Positions 38,839 to 48,490 of a stretch of DNA of 64,000 nt are shown in pieces. The stretch comes from Myxococcota bacterium (GTDB lineage: Bacteria > Myxococcota_A > UBA9160 > SZUA-336): contig CBDFGR010000002.1 of assembly GCA_965247115.1 (NCBI GenBank), positions 2,153,249-2,217,248 of the forward strand. Direction: 5' to 3'. The notes beneath the pieces were generated by a model, which was not told the DNA's origin, searched no databases, and worked only from the letters and a program-made list of their open reading frames with translations. The position numbers and the translations under genes were made by a program. Within the stretch, counting starts at the first letter, position 1; each line of letters begins with the position of its first letter.

Positions 38839-38942
38839 GGCGGGTCTCCTGGTGAGCGCCCTTCCCTCTCTCCCCGGTGGCCTCAGCATATACCCCTAGC
38901 GACGATCTTCCAGCACGCTCACCTGCGGGCCGAATCTCCGGG

Positions 38943-39380
38943 CTAAGGGATCTCCCGAGCTTCACCAAGCTTGTAGCTACCCACTCCGATGATGGCCCGT
39001 TCGGCGATCCACCAGCGCCCGTCTTCCTTGATCAGCCTGTCCTCATATCGACCCAGCACCTGAAAGGGTATGCCCGAACTCGAATCGATCCCGTCGGCGT
39101 CCAGGTAGCAGACCGAGGTTGCCCCTGTCCCGTCCACCTGGATCATGGGCGTGCTGATGGTGTGACGGAGAGAACGAGTTTGGTCTCTGGTCGTCTTGTC
39201 GTACTTCTCATACCAACCTCGCACGGCCTCCTTGCCCTTGAAGCTCTCCTCGCTCTGATAGCGTGGCAACAGCACGGCGTCATCGTGGAACACGTCCATG
39301 ATGTCGCTGACGGTTCCTCGGTCTACTGCGTGGCAGTACCGGTTGAGCAGCTGTTCGATCTCGACGATGTCTTCGATCAC
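38943..39380 (-). CDS. SnoaL-like / NTF2 family protein
   Basis: IEQLLNRYCHAVD, RHTIS and GRYEDRLIKEDGRWWIAER motifs. Confidence 0.9.
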   Translation of the reverse strand: MIEDIVEIEQLLNRYCHAVDRGTVSDIMDVFHDDAVLLPRYQSEESFKGKEAVRGWYEKYDKTTRDQTRSLRHTISTPMIQVDGTGATSVCYLDADGIDSSSGIPFQVLGRYEDRLIKEDGRWWIAERAIIGVGSYKLGEAREIP

Positions 39381-39431
39381 GGCGCGCCCGAGAAAGGGGG
39401 ACCTTCGTCTCTCAACGCCCCCCTTGTCTGC

Positions 39432-40709
39432 TTAGAAGAAGACGTAGGATCGCACCACGACGTTCTTGCGGCAGGGAGCGTCGTCGGGCGCGGTTGGGTC
39501 GATGCAGGCAGTGTGGAAAGACCAGCGCGAGACGGAGCCATCGGTGACAGAGTCGTAGCACTTGAGCATCGAGACCTCGGTGGGCTTCTGCTCGGGAAGC
39601 CAGTACCACTCGTGGTCGGGGCGGTGGGTGAAGCGGGTCGTCTCGCCGACGCGGTCGTCGTAAATGCGGTAGTTGGTGATGTACGGCTGGTCGGCGAAAG
39701 AGGGCCAGGCGCAGAGCACGAAGGGATTCTGGCGCACGGTCTCCATCGGCTTGGCGAGGTTGATCGACATGAACCGCCGCGACATCTTCGCGTCGGCCTG
39801 CTCCTCCGTGTAGTGCTGCTCGCGCCCGAAGTTCCGCAGGTTCTTCGTGAGCAGCTCGCGGCAGCGCACGCGGCCGCTGTTGTCGTTCAGGTCGTTGTGC
39901 ACGAGGTTGGCGTAGTTGGCGTTCACACCCGGGTTCTTGTTGTCCTGGTCCTCCGTGCGGTCGCCCTCGTAGTCCTTGTCAAACACGTCGTGGTTGTAGA
40001 CGAGCGCATCTGTCGCGTCCGGGAAAAACTCCAGGAGGAGCTTCTCCATCTCCGGGTAGAACACGCGCTCCACCTCCGCCGCGTCGTAGAAGTTCTCGCA
40101 CTCGGACTCGCAGTGCGCCAGCGAGACGCCAAGCCTGTCCATGCACTCGGGGCTGTTGGGCAAAAGATCTGGGTGGTACTCCTCCATGCGTCGCGCGTCG
40201 CGCATCACCTGCGGAAAATAGAGATACCGCCGTCCGATGTCGTGCTCTTCCTTGCGCAACGCTCTTGCCTCGGCCTCGCGCGCCGGGTCCCCCCATAGTG
40301 CGTTCGACGAGACAATGGTGTAGGACGGCTGCTCGTGGACGGTGTAGCGGAGCGGAAGCGCCAGGCCGCCTTCAGGGGCTTCGATGTTGTTCGCCCGGAT
40401 ATACTCCAGGCACTCTGAGTAGCTACGAAACCCGACGCCCCATTCGGTCTCGATGGGGCCGGAGGGAGCGTTGTCGAGCGTGTCGATAACTGCCTGCCCC
40501 TTCCCCTCGGCAATCTGGGTGAGCGCCGCCTCCGTCGCCGCAGCAGTTCCCGCATCCCCGTCCTGATCGAACGACATGTAGGATAAACCTCCGTTCGCAG
40601 CGATGGGTGGTAGCTGCCCTTCTGTGAGTTGGAAGGGAGGCACATAGACCGAAGAAACTGTCTCCGCAACCGCCGCACCGTGGTTCCTGATGACCTCGAG
40701 CCGATCCAT
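39432..40709 (-). CDS. CmcJ/NvfI-family oxidoreductase with N-terminal extension
   Basis: YANLVHNDL, RRFMSINL, HEWYWLP, LKCYDS and FHTACIDP...RKNVVVR motifs. Confidence 0.75.
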   Translation of the reverse strand: MDRLEVIRNHGAAVAETVSSVYVPPFQLTEGQLPPIAANGGLSYMSFDQDGDAGTAAATEAALTQIAEGKGQAVIDTLDNAPSGPIETEWGVGFRSYSECLEYIRANNIEAPEGGLALPLRYTVHEQPSYTIVSSNALWGDPAREAEARALRKEEHDIGRRYLYFPQVMRDARRMEEYHPDLLPNSPECMDRLGVSLAHCESECENFYDAAEVERVFYPEMEKLLLEFFPDATDALVYNHDVFDKDYEGDRTEDQDNKNPGVNANYANLVHNDLNDNSGRVRCRELLTKNLRNFGREQHYTEEQADAKMSRRFMSINLAKPMETVRQNPFVLCAWPSFADQPYITNYRIYDDRVGETTRFTHRPDHEWYWLPEQKPTEVSMLKCYDSVTDGSVSRWSFHTACIDPTAPDDAPCRKNVVVRSYVFF

Positions 40710-40827
40710 AGCATTCCCCCGGTTAAATCCACCCCATCGTCGCACACACGGCCTGTACTTCCCAGGGCCCATCAACATGGCCGTGCGCCTGCTGCCCGCA
40801 TAAGCCCCTGAAACTGAAAGACTCCCG

Positions 40828-40876
40828 TGGTGGCGCGGGGCCGGATCGAACTGCCGACACGCGGATTTTCAATCCG
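40828..40876 (-). tRNA. 3' half of tRNA-Phe(GAA): att-like fragment, not a complete gene
   Basis: Minus strand reads CGGA-TTGAAAA-TCCG-CGTGTC-GGCAGTTCGATCCGGCC-CCGCGCC-ACCA. No D-arm or 5' acceptor strand lies upstream. Confidence 0.85.
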
Positions 40877-41065
40877 TCCCACCCGGGTATTCGCGAGCGT
40901 CCGCTCGAGTCCGCCCTGATCCGTCCCGTTGGCTACACACCGGCTGTCAGATCCGAACGATCACTCAGCCGTTCCCGCTCGATTCGGTGTTGCCACCATC
41001 TGCCCGCCACTCGAAAGTCGCCCCAATCACCACTGCGACTTGTTGGCGAGTTGCGTCCATGGGGC

Positions 41066-41857
41066 CTACCAGCTGTTCCGAAGTTCGCGCAGCTTCAAGA
41101 ACACGGTCCGCGCGTCGGGCTGATCAGGCAGGTCCGGGAAGGCATCGCGTAGTCTCGCGATCACGGTCGTGCTTTGCAGGCGGAAGAAGGCGTTGACCTT
41201 CTTCTCGAGCGCGAGCGTCGAGACCAGCGCGGCGTTCGGGTCCTGGTCGCCGATCTCGGAGAGCAATTGACGAGCTCGGTCGTTGTCTGGCTCGCGATCC
41301 AGCGTGAACCCGAGGTTGTTCGCGATGTAGTCGTGCCCCGGGTAGAGGAGCGTCTCGTCCGGTAGCTTCGACAGTTGCTCGGCGAACGTCTCGTAGAGTT
41401 GCTGCGGGTGCCCGCCTCCACGGCAGTTCCCCGCGCCGGCGTTGAAGAGCGTGTCGCCGGAGAACAGCGCGGGGACATCCGTCCTCGAGAGCAGGCAGAC
41501 GTGCGTCATGGTGTGCCCCGGCGTGTCCAGGCTCTCGAGCTCGACAGTCTTGCCCACCGAGACCACATCGCCCGCCGAGAGCCCCACATCCACATCAGGA
41601 ATCCTGTCCCCGGCGTTGGCGTGCGCCAGTAGCTTTGCCCCGGTCGCGCGAATCAGCGCCGCATTGCCCCCCGTGTGGTCGAAGTGTTCGTGCGTGTTGA
41701 GGACCTGCGTGATCTCCCAACTACGCTCCTTGGCGGCGGCCAAGCACTTCGCATGATCCAGCGGATCGATCGCGAGCGCCTCGCCGGTCTCCGGGCAGGC
41801 AATCAGGTAGTTGAAGTTGCGATAGTCGTTTCCGGTCCAGACTTGCTCGACGATCAT
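41066..41857 (-). CDS. gloB: Hydroxyacylglutathione hydrolase (glyoxalase II)-like MBL hydrolase
   Basis: THEHFDH, TPGHT, FSGDTLF and YPGHDY motifs. Confidence 0.85.
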   Translation of the reverse strand: MIVEQVWTGNDYRNFNYLIACPETGEALAIDPLDHAKCLAAAKERSWEITQVLNTHEHFDHTGGNAALIRATGAKLLAHANAGDRIPDVDVGLSAGDVVSVGKTVELESLDTPGHTMTHVCLLSRTDVPALFSGDTLFNAGAGNCRGGGHPQQLYETFAEQLSKLPDETLLYPGHDYIANNLGFTLDREPDNDRARQLLSEIGDQDPNAALVSTLALEKKVNAFFRLQSTTVIARLRDAFPDLPDQPDARTVFLKLRELRNSW

Positions 41858-41939
41858 CCGTTTCGCTCCCCAGGGTCAAGTTTGGCAGTCATCAGTATGG
41901 AACCTGACGGCTCCGGCGGTCCACTGCCATTCTGGCCGA

Positions 41940-42310
41940 TCGCTCCGTCGGGGCCGGTCTCGACGTTTCTGATCCTGACGAGATCCTCGAGCAGGGTTTC
42001 CATGTGGACCAACCGGTCGCCGTCCAGGACGATTCTGTAGAGATCTGTCGCCTTGAGCGTGCCGACGATGAGGTCGTCCTGCCACTCGGGAAAGGCGTTC
42101 CCCGCGTACAAGATGAAGCTCGAAACCGCTGGAGAGGGTGTCAGGTCCACCACAGGCTGTTCGATGTCACTGAGATCGAATTCGAGGCCGAGCTCTTTGT
42201 GGTATTCCACTGGCGTGCCGTCGTAGTCCAGGCCCTTCGAGGACAGCGGCCAGCCGCAGTTCCTGCCAGGCAGCAGCAGGTTGACTTCATCCCCACCGCA
42301 ACCGAACTCG
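41940..42310 (-). pseudogene. C-terminal fragment of a soluble PQQ glucose/sorbosone dehydrogenase
   Basis: GGDEVNLLLPGRNCGWP...SPAVSS...YAGNAFPEWQDDLIVGTLK...RIRNVETGPDG, with no N-terminal two-thirds. Confidence 0.7.
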
Positions 42311-42311
42311 G

Positions 42312-42842
42312 TTACCGGCTTGCGGGCTCGACCAGGATCTCCAGGCCCTGCAGGTACGCGTCCTCGGCGCGGGCAGCCAGCTCGCACCGGCTCGCACTCC
42401 CGATCGGGTGCTCTATCAGTGCGAAGCGGTAGTCCGGCAGTCCCAGCGAGCGCGCCAGGTTCCGCCCGGTCTCCTCGAAGGGATGCGTGCAGATCACCAG
42501 AGCGGGAAGGCCGAGCTGCTCGAAGCTAATGCCGTCGTGCACACTGCACGTGGAGCAGGACCCTCAATCCCCGACGGCCGTGATCAGGAATTCGACGTGC
42601 TCCGAGAGCCGCCTCAAGTGCTCTGGCGCTGACGGACGGCTGGCATCTCGCTTGTCGATGAACTCGACGCTCTGACTGCCATGGCGCTCGGCGAACACGC
42701 GAGCGGTCTCGCGCAGCAGCGCGTCGGCGTTTGCCTTGCCGTTCGAGAGCAGGCCCATGCGGGCGCCGTCCAGCTTGGCCAGGCGCGGCGCGTGGGCGTT
42801 GGCGGACTTGGGGGCGCGGACGGTCGGATCAACGAGCTTCAT
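42312..42842 (-). CDS. UGSC-family selenoprotein (Sec at codon 93, TGA 42564-42566), 176 aa
   Basis: Two in-frame ORFs join as ...ITAVGD-U-GSCSTCSVHDGISFEQLGLP...; a hairpin follows the TGA. Confidence 0.88.
42529..42563 (-). promoter_or_regulatory. Putative bacterial SECIS element
   Basis: Minus strand: TGA, 13 nt, CGTGCA-GTG-TGCACG stem-loop with G first in the loop; lower pairing TGCT/GGCA. Confidence 0.7.
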
Positions 42843-43909
42843 TCTGGCTCACAATCCATGCAGACGCCGATGGGCTTCGACTGCATGGTCGACGCGCGGG
42901 TGCGGCTCCAGGACGGGATGAAGGCCGAGTGCCCGCCAGCGTCGCCGCCCGCGACGGTTATGAGAATGTCATCGGGGCCAAGACCCCGATGCACGGCTGC
43001 CCTTCCCTGGACTTCGTGGTCGCGCGGCACGTACTTGCCCACCCGCGTCATGGCAGCGACGCTGCGGTGACCGCGCTCGAAGAGGAACTCGCGCACCTGC
43101 GCCTTCGACCACGACGCGCGGCCAAGGATGCGCGCGTGCTCGGGCGAGAACACCACGACCGACTGACCGACCGTGATCGAGCCCAGGTTGGCCATGGCGT
43201 CGGCCATCGTCTCGAGCAGGGCCTCGGGCGTGCTCGCCCCGTGGTTCTCGACGTTGTGGAACCCGCCGGCGGCGAAGACGGTCACGCTGCTCACCTCGGG
43301 CGGGTAGCCGAGCCCCACGTTCAGGCCGTCCCAGGGGTTCGCCGGGTCGGAGCGCTCGCCGATGCAGAACGAGTACTTGGCAGGCTGGCCAAGAGTGCTC
43401 TTGTCAGCGAGCCCAGGCGTCATCTGGAATACGTTCAGGATGATCAGGCGGAGCGCCCTACCGATCGTCGCGTTCGGCCGGTTGCCGGGACCAAAGACGT
43501 TGACACCCGCGTTCATCTCGAGCTGCTCCACGAGCGGACCAGACACGATCAACAGCGGTGCGGACCCACCTGTGCTCGCGGTCGAGGCGTGGAAGTTGAA
43601 GGCTGGCTCGTTCATCGCCTCGAGCGCCGCAACGACGACTCGGAAGTACTCGGGCAGGCAGCCAGCCATGACGGCGTTGGTTGCGGCGGCGAGCACGGTA
43701 CACTCGCGTCCCGTCGTCGGGTGCGAGGCAAGCACCGCCTCTGGCGGACGGACCCCGATCTGGAGCATCGCCTCGACTCGGCCGGTCTCTGGTGGCACGA
43801 CGGGCAGGCCGTCGGTCCAGCCCTGGGCGTAGCAGTACTCGAGCGCCTCGAGCGGGTCGTCGCTCACCTCGTGAAGCTTCGCGTGTTCGACCAGAGCGGA
43901 TCCGGGCAC
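42839..43909 (-). CDS. UGSC-associated partner protein with C-terminal CxxC
   Basis: GWTDGLPVVPP, NAVMAGC and GNRPNATIGRA motifs; ends CMDCEPE; ATGA overlap with the selenoprotein. Confidence 0.8.
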   Translation of the reverse strand: MPGSALVEHAKLHEVSDDPLEALEYCYAQGWTDGLPVVPPETGRVEAMLQIGVRPPEAVLASHPTTGRECTVLAAATNAVMAGCLPEYFRVVVAALEAMNEPAFNFHASTASTGGSAPLLIVSGPLVEQLEMNAGVNVFGPGNRPNATIGRALRLIILNVFQMTPGLADKSTLGQPAKYSFCIGERSDPANPWDGLNVGLGYPPEVSSVTVFAAGGFHNVENHGASTPEALLETMADAMANLGSITVGQSVVVFSPEHARILGRASWSKAQVREFLFERGHRSVAAMTRVGKYVPRDHEVQGRAAVHRGLGPDDILITVAGGDAGGHSAFIPSWSRTRASTMQSKPIGVCMDCEPE

Positions 43910-44241
43910 GTGTCCTCGCTGAAGCCGCCTTCGGGGCTTCGACCTGAGACTATATACCCCAACAGGCGGCAGCGGACGGCGCCCATGATAAATTGAAGTT
44001 TCAACTCAACGAGTACTAGCGATCAGGTAGAGAGCACCCGTCGGCCCGCCTCCCGGGCCCTCAGGCGACTCGATCGGACGGGGAGGCCATTGTCAGAACC
44101 CGAAAGACCCTCTTAAACTCCCCTCCATAGGGTAGGAGCGCTTTTTGGACGACACGCCTTGACCCTCGCGAAGCGGGGGACGCGAGCATGGAGGCGCAGG
44201 CCCCACCAAGTCGCTGAACCGTTTTGAGAAGGAGCCCAGCG

Positions 44242-45699
44242 ATGTCTAATGGTATGACCTTTATCCAAGCCGCCGGAGCGACGGCCGTACTCGCGATCCT
44301 GAGCCTGTCGCCTCAAGCGGTCGCCACAGATCTGCTGATTCAGGGTGGAACCGTTGTAACCGCCAAAGGGGAGCGTAAGGCGGACATTCGGATTCGGGGA
44401 GAAACGATCGTTGAGATCGGATCTTTCGAGCGAGTTGAGACGGATGCTCGGGTTCTCGACGCTAGCGGCCTCCTGATCCTGCCCGGAGGGGTCGATCCCC
44501 ACGTGCACCTGACGTCCTCGGAGGAGTTCGCCTTCGCCGACGATTTCGAGAGCGGGACCCGCGCGGCACTCGCGGGGGGAATCACCACGGTGGGTCACAT
44601 GGCGTTTCCAGCTCCTGGGGAGGGCCCGCTCGCGACACTGGCTCGGGAGAGCGTTCCCATCGAAGAGCTGACGATGGCCGACGTTTTCGTCCACACGACC
44701 ATCTTCGAGCCCACGGAGGCGGTGATCGGGGAGCTACCGGAGCTCGCCGCCGCCGGCCAGCCCTCGATCAAGGTCTTCATGCCGTTCGAGCCGTTCGACG
44801 CGGAAATGCCCGGTTTCCTGCGACTCCTGCGCGGCGCGCGAGACGCGGGAATCCTCGTCGCGATCCACTGCGAGGACGCCGCCGCGCTCGAGTTCGCGGC
44901 GCAGGAGCTGACGGGCGCCGGCAAGACCTCGCTCGCACACTACCCGGAGAGCCGCCCCATCATCTCCGAGGTCGTCGCGACGGAACGTGCCCTGGCGATG
45001 GCGGAGATCACGGGGGCGCCGATCTACATCGTCCACCTGTCGGCCGCCAGGGCCCTCGCGGCGGCCGAGGCGGCGCAGTCGCGGTTTCCTGTGTTCGTCG
45101 AGACGCGTCCCCTGTACCTCCACTTCACGGAGGCGAACTACCGCCGGGCCGACGGAGCGCTCTTCGTCGGAATGCCACCGATTCGAGGAGCGGACGATCG
45201 GGAGGCCATGTGGGAGGGGCTCGCACGCGGGGCAATCGCCACGCTTGCCACCGACCACGCTCCTTGGACCCGCGAGCAAAAGCTCGACCCGCAACAGACC
45301 ATCACTTCATTTCGCCCCGGCGTGAACAATCTCCAGGTGATGCTGCCCATGCTCTTCTCCGAAGGAGTCCACGGGGGAAAGATCTCGCTGCAACGCTTCG
45401 TCGAGGTGTCCTCCACCAACGCGGCAAAGCTCTTCGGGCTATACCCTCGCAAGGGCACCATCGCGCCCGGTTCCGACGCCGACCTCGTGATTTGGGATCC
45501 GGACGAGAGAAGAACCATCGCCGACTCGGACGTCCTCTCAAAGACCGGGTTCTCGATCTACGCCGGGACGGAGGTCACCGGGTGGCCGCAGATCACGATT
45601 CGGCGGGGCGAGGTGGTCTACGAGGGAGGAGAAGTCGACGCCGAGAAGGGCTCAGGTCGGATCATCTCGCGTTCTCGATTCAAGATCCCTGTCGAGTAG
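44242..45699 (+). CDS. Dihydropyrimidinase/allantoinase-like amidohydrolase with signal-like N-terminus
   Basis: PGGVDPHVH, AALAGGITT, IHCED, YIVHLS and ATDHAP motifs; AAGGAG RBS. Confidence 0.88.
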   Translation: MSNGMTFIQAAGATAVLAILSLSPQAVATDLLIQGGTVVTAKGERKADIRIRGETIVEIGSFERVETDARVLDASGLLILPGGVDPHVHLTSSEEFAFADDFESGTRAALAGGITTVGHMAFPAPGEGPLATLARESVPIEELTMADVFVHTTIFEPTEAVIGELPELAAAGQPSIKVFMPFEPFDAEMPGFLRLLRGARDAGILVAIHCEDAAALEFAAQELTGAGKTSLAHYPESRPIISEVVATERALAMAEITGAPIYIVHLSAARALAAAEAAQSRFPVFVETRPLYLHFTEANYRRADGALFVGMPPIRGADDREAMWEGLARGAIATLATDHAPWTREQKLDPQQTITSFRPGVNNLQVMLPMLFSEGVHGGKISLQRFVEVSSTNAAKLFGLYPRKGTIAPGSDADLVIWDPDERRTIADSDVLSKTGFSIYAGTEVTGWPQITIRRGEVVYEGGEVDAEKGSGRIISRSRFKIPVE

Positions 45700-45892
45700 A
45701 CAGCCGCCAAGTACGAGCCGCTCGGCGAGGCAGAATTGCTGAGCCCCGATTCGCCGAATCCGATCGGGTGGATCGATGGGACGGGCTCGGGAGGCACCAC
45801 CTTCCGCTCCCCACCAGGCTCACGGCTCGCCCTGCAGACGCCACCCCCTTATATGATGCTTATCCCTGTGTCGCCAAACGAAGGAGAGCATC

Positions 45893-46723
45893 ATGCCCAA
45901 GGTCGAGGCCAACGGGATCAACATCTATTACGAGTTCATGGGCGAGGGCGAGCCGCTCGCTCTGATCGGCGGCTCGCTCTTCGGGCGGCAGAATTTCGGC
46001 TTGGTCTGGGAAGGGCTCGCCAAGGAGTTCAAGCTGATTAGCTACGATCAGCGGGGCTACGGTCAATCGGATCGCCCGCTCATGCAGTATGACCTCGATC
46101 TCTGGGCGGACGATCTGGCGGCACTCCTCGATGCGCTCGACATCGATCGGGCCCATGTCATGGGCACCTCCGCAGGCGGCATGATCGCGCTCAAATTCGC
46201 GGCGAAATATCCGGATCGCTGCATCGGCGTGGTCAGCGATTGCGCTTTCGCGAAATGCGACACCATGCGGCGGATCATGTTCCGCACCTGGCGCCGTATG
46301 GCCCAGACTTGGGGGTGCGGGCCGGAGTTCGCCGATCATGTCGTGACACAGGCGGTCGGTGCCGACTATCTCGATGGCCCGGAAGGGCCCGGCCTGATCG
46401 AGATGGCGCGCACGATGGTCGAGCTCAACTCGGTCGAGACGGTGGTACAGGCCTGCCTCGCAATGGAGAAAATGGACCTCCGCGAGGACTGCAAGAAGAT
46501 CAAGAATCCGACGCTTGTGATCACCGCGGCCAAGGACATGCTAACCCCGATACACACCGGCCCGGACGGCGCCGGCGCGCAATGGGTGGTCGACAACGTC
46601 CCGGGCTGCGAGGTGATCGTCTACGAGGACATCGGCCACGCGGACTTGGTGGAGTGTCCGGACAAAACCATCGCGTCGACCATCAAATTCCTGCGCGGCG
46701 CGCGGAACAAGCTCGCGGCATAG
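45893..46723 (+). CDS. Alpha/beta hydrolase
   Basis: YDQRGYGQS, GTSAGG nucleophile elbow and GH motifs; AAGGAG RBS. Confidence 0.9.
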   Translation: MPKVEANGINIYYEFMGEGEPLALIGGSLFGRQNFGLVWEGLAKEFKLISYDQRGYGQSDRPLMQYDLDLWADDLAALLDALDIDRAHVMGTSAGGMIALKFAAKYPDRCIGVVSDCAFAKCDTMRRIMFRTWRRMAQTWGCGPEFADHVVTQAVGADYLDGPEGPGLIEMARTMVELNSVETVVQACLAMEKMDLREDCKKIKNPTLVITAAKDMLTPIHTGPDGAGAQWVVDNVPGCEVIVYEDIGHADLVECPDKTIASTIKFLRGARNKLAA

Positions 46724-47052
46724 TCCAGCTCGGCATGGCTGTGCTAGATAAGGGCCGCGCCCCGGCCCTCAGACCAATCGATATACGGTGCCGGGTCGTT
46801 CAACAATCCTCGGGGGGAGCCTCCGGAGCCAGGGCCTCGTCCAGTATCTCGCCGGCGGGCGGATCGCCTTGACCGACGAGGGGCGGCAACCGTCGCATGC
46901 CTCTGCATCTGGTTCTTGTTTTCTCTCCTCATATGAGGTGGAAAAAGAGGAACCACCCGGGTGGTTGGGGCCATGAGTGCACGAAAGCTCGCACCATCCG
47001 CGCTCAAGGTTGTCTAGCCAGCCCGCACGGCAGGGCACTAAGACCGCTCGCC

Positions 47053-47427
47053 TCATCCCGACAGGTTGAGCTGGAGCTCGCGCGGATGGGGCAACTCGCC
47101 AACCTTCCAGCCCTGAACGTGGAGCCGCGTCGGCTCGTAGTGCTCGCCGACGTAGGTGTGGTAGAGCGGGCGCTCGTGCTCGGTCCGCTCGATCGCCATC
47201 TGCCGTCCCTCGGGCGTGTCGAAGACGATATCGATCGCCTCCCCCCACCCGGACCCGAACTGGTGCTTGCTCTTCTCGTGGCCGCCTACAAGCGCGTTCC
47301 GCTTCTCGGTGCGGCAGCCCCCCGTCACCGATCCGCCGTACCAGCAGCAGAGCTGCCAGCACCAGAGGACGAACTCGCCTACATCGACCCAATCGATCTG
47401 GTGCGGCTCCGAGAGAGGCAGGCTCAT
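47053..47427 (-). CDS. Peptidase M15A-like endolysin
   Basis: SVTGGCRTEKRNALVGGHEKSKH...AIDI...LHVQ; ATGA overlap with the upstream gene. Confidence 0.72.
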   Translation of the reverse strand: MSLPLSEPHQIDWVDVGEFVLWCWQLCCWYGGSVTGGCRTEKRNALVGGHEKSKHQFGSGWGEAIDIVFDTPEGRQMAIERTEHERPLYHTYVGEHYEPTRLHVQGWKVGELPHPRELQLNLSG

Positions 47428-47831
47428 GGCGCCAGCGAACGCATCCAGTCCGGCATCGTCCGGTCGTGCCGGCAGCACAGGCCCGCTTCCGGGCCGCAGG
47501 TGTCGTAGGCGCCGAAGTTCCCGCCCACGAAGACCGCGTGGTGGTAGAGGAACCGGACCCAGCGCCAACGCCACGGCAGGGATGTACGGATGTTCTCCTT
47601 GAGCTCCCCATCGGCGTCGTTCTTGCGCTGCCACGTCATCGAGCCGGCCGGGTGACAGCGGGTGCAGTACCTCCAGTCGTGGATCCGGCAGGCCCAGCGG
47701 AAGTCGAAGCCGAAGAGATCGTCCGGCGAGCTCGAGCAGCCATCGTCCCGGAATTGCTCCGGGATCTCTGCAAGCGTCCGCTTCGCCTCCTTCGGGATCG
47801 GCCGCTGCAGTCGGCCGTCTAGGAGCCCCAT
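47424..47831 (-). CDS. Prokaryotic phospholipase A2-like protein
   Basis: DGCSSSPD...ACRIHDWRY...ADGEL...YHHAVFVGG motif order. Confidence 0.65.
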   Translation of the reverse strand: MGLLDGRLQRPIPKEAKRTLAEIPEQFRDDGCSSSPDDLFGFDFRWACRIHDWRYCTRCHPAGSMTWQRKNDADGELKENIRTSLPWRWRWVRFLYHHAVFVGGNFGAYDTCGPEAGLCCRHDRTMPDWMRSLAP

Positions 47832-47849
47832 TCCCTTCTCACCCCCCGC

Positions 47850-48074
47850 TCACTCATCGACCGTGACGCGGTCCGTGATCGGGACCTCGTCTGCTACGGC
47901 AGCGGGTTTGTCGCTGCATCCGACCCGCAGGGCGTTGCCCATGACCTCGAGCTCGGCCTCGGCGCCGCCCTCAAAGCCGCAGACATCCCACATCACCCAG
48001 CCGTGCTCCCCTGGCCCGATATGCATCGCGCAGGACGGCAGGAGCAGCAGCAACGCGATCATCGCGAGCCCCAT
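47850..48074 (-). CDS. Small phage lipoprotein (spanin-like candidate)
   Basis: MGLAMIALLLLLPSC lipobox-like sequence; GGAGG RBS. Confidence 0.55.
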   Translation of the reverse strand: MGLAMIALLLLLPSCAMHIGPGEHGWVMWDVCGFEGGAEAELEVMGNALRVGCSDKPAAVADEVPITDRVTVDE

Positions 48075-48485
48075 TTATGATCCCTCCGATACGGCCGACT
48101 TGTCGTCGAATTCCAGATGAACGTGACCGACGAGGACGCGCTCTCCCTTGCGTTCTCCGGTCCGGATCTCATGCAGGTGCTCTTCGTAGACGACGTCGTA
48201 CCGGCGCTTGCCGTGCTTCGCCTCGAGGCGCCCCTGGATCCGGCCAGCCCATGCCGGGCCTTCGATCTCCCACGGCTTCACCAGGTTCCACACTCGGATG
48301 TCGAAGACGCGGTCCTTGCCATGGAAGCTGCCGTCCTTGTGCCTGCCATCGTTGGCGCTGGTGATCACGATCGCCCCGTCGGTGGTGACTGGCGCCGTGT
48401 CCTGCGCGGCGTGGAGCATGCAGACGACCTCTGGCTCCAGGTGGCCTGCATTCAGCTTGACCGCCGCACTCTTGGTCCGCAGTAC
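48075..48485 (-). CDS. M15/Hedgehog-fold peptidase endolysin (start codon atypical or mutated)
   Basis: VITSANDGRHKDGSFH...FDIR...HVHLEFD. The likely start position reads GTA CTG after TGAGG. Confidence 0.65.
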   Translation of the reverse strand, partial: VLRTKSAAVKLNAGHLEPEVVCMLHAAQDTAPVTTDGAIVITSANDGRHKDGSFHGKDRVFDIRVWNLVKPWEIEGPAWAGRIQGRLEAKHGKRRYDVVYEEHLHEIRTGERKGERVLVGHVHLEFDDKSAVSEGS

Positions 48486-48490
48486 GGGCC

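Noticed and set aside
44015..44095. tRNA-like or riboswitch-like sequence (GATCAGGTAGAGAGCA; GCCTCCC/GGGAGGC stem)
   Set aside because: No T-arm, acceptor stem or recognisable riboswitch core; a single GC stem is expected by chance.
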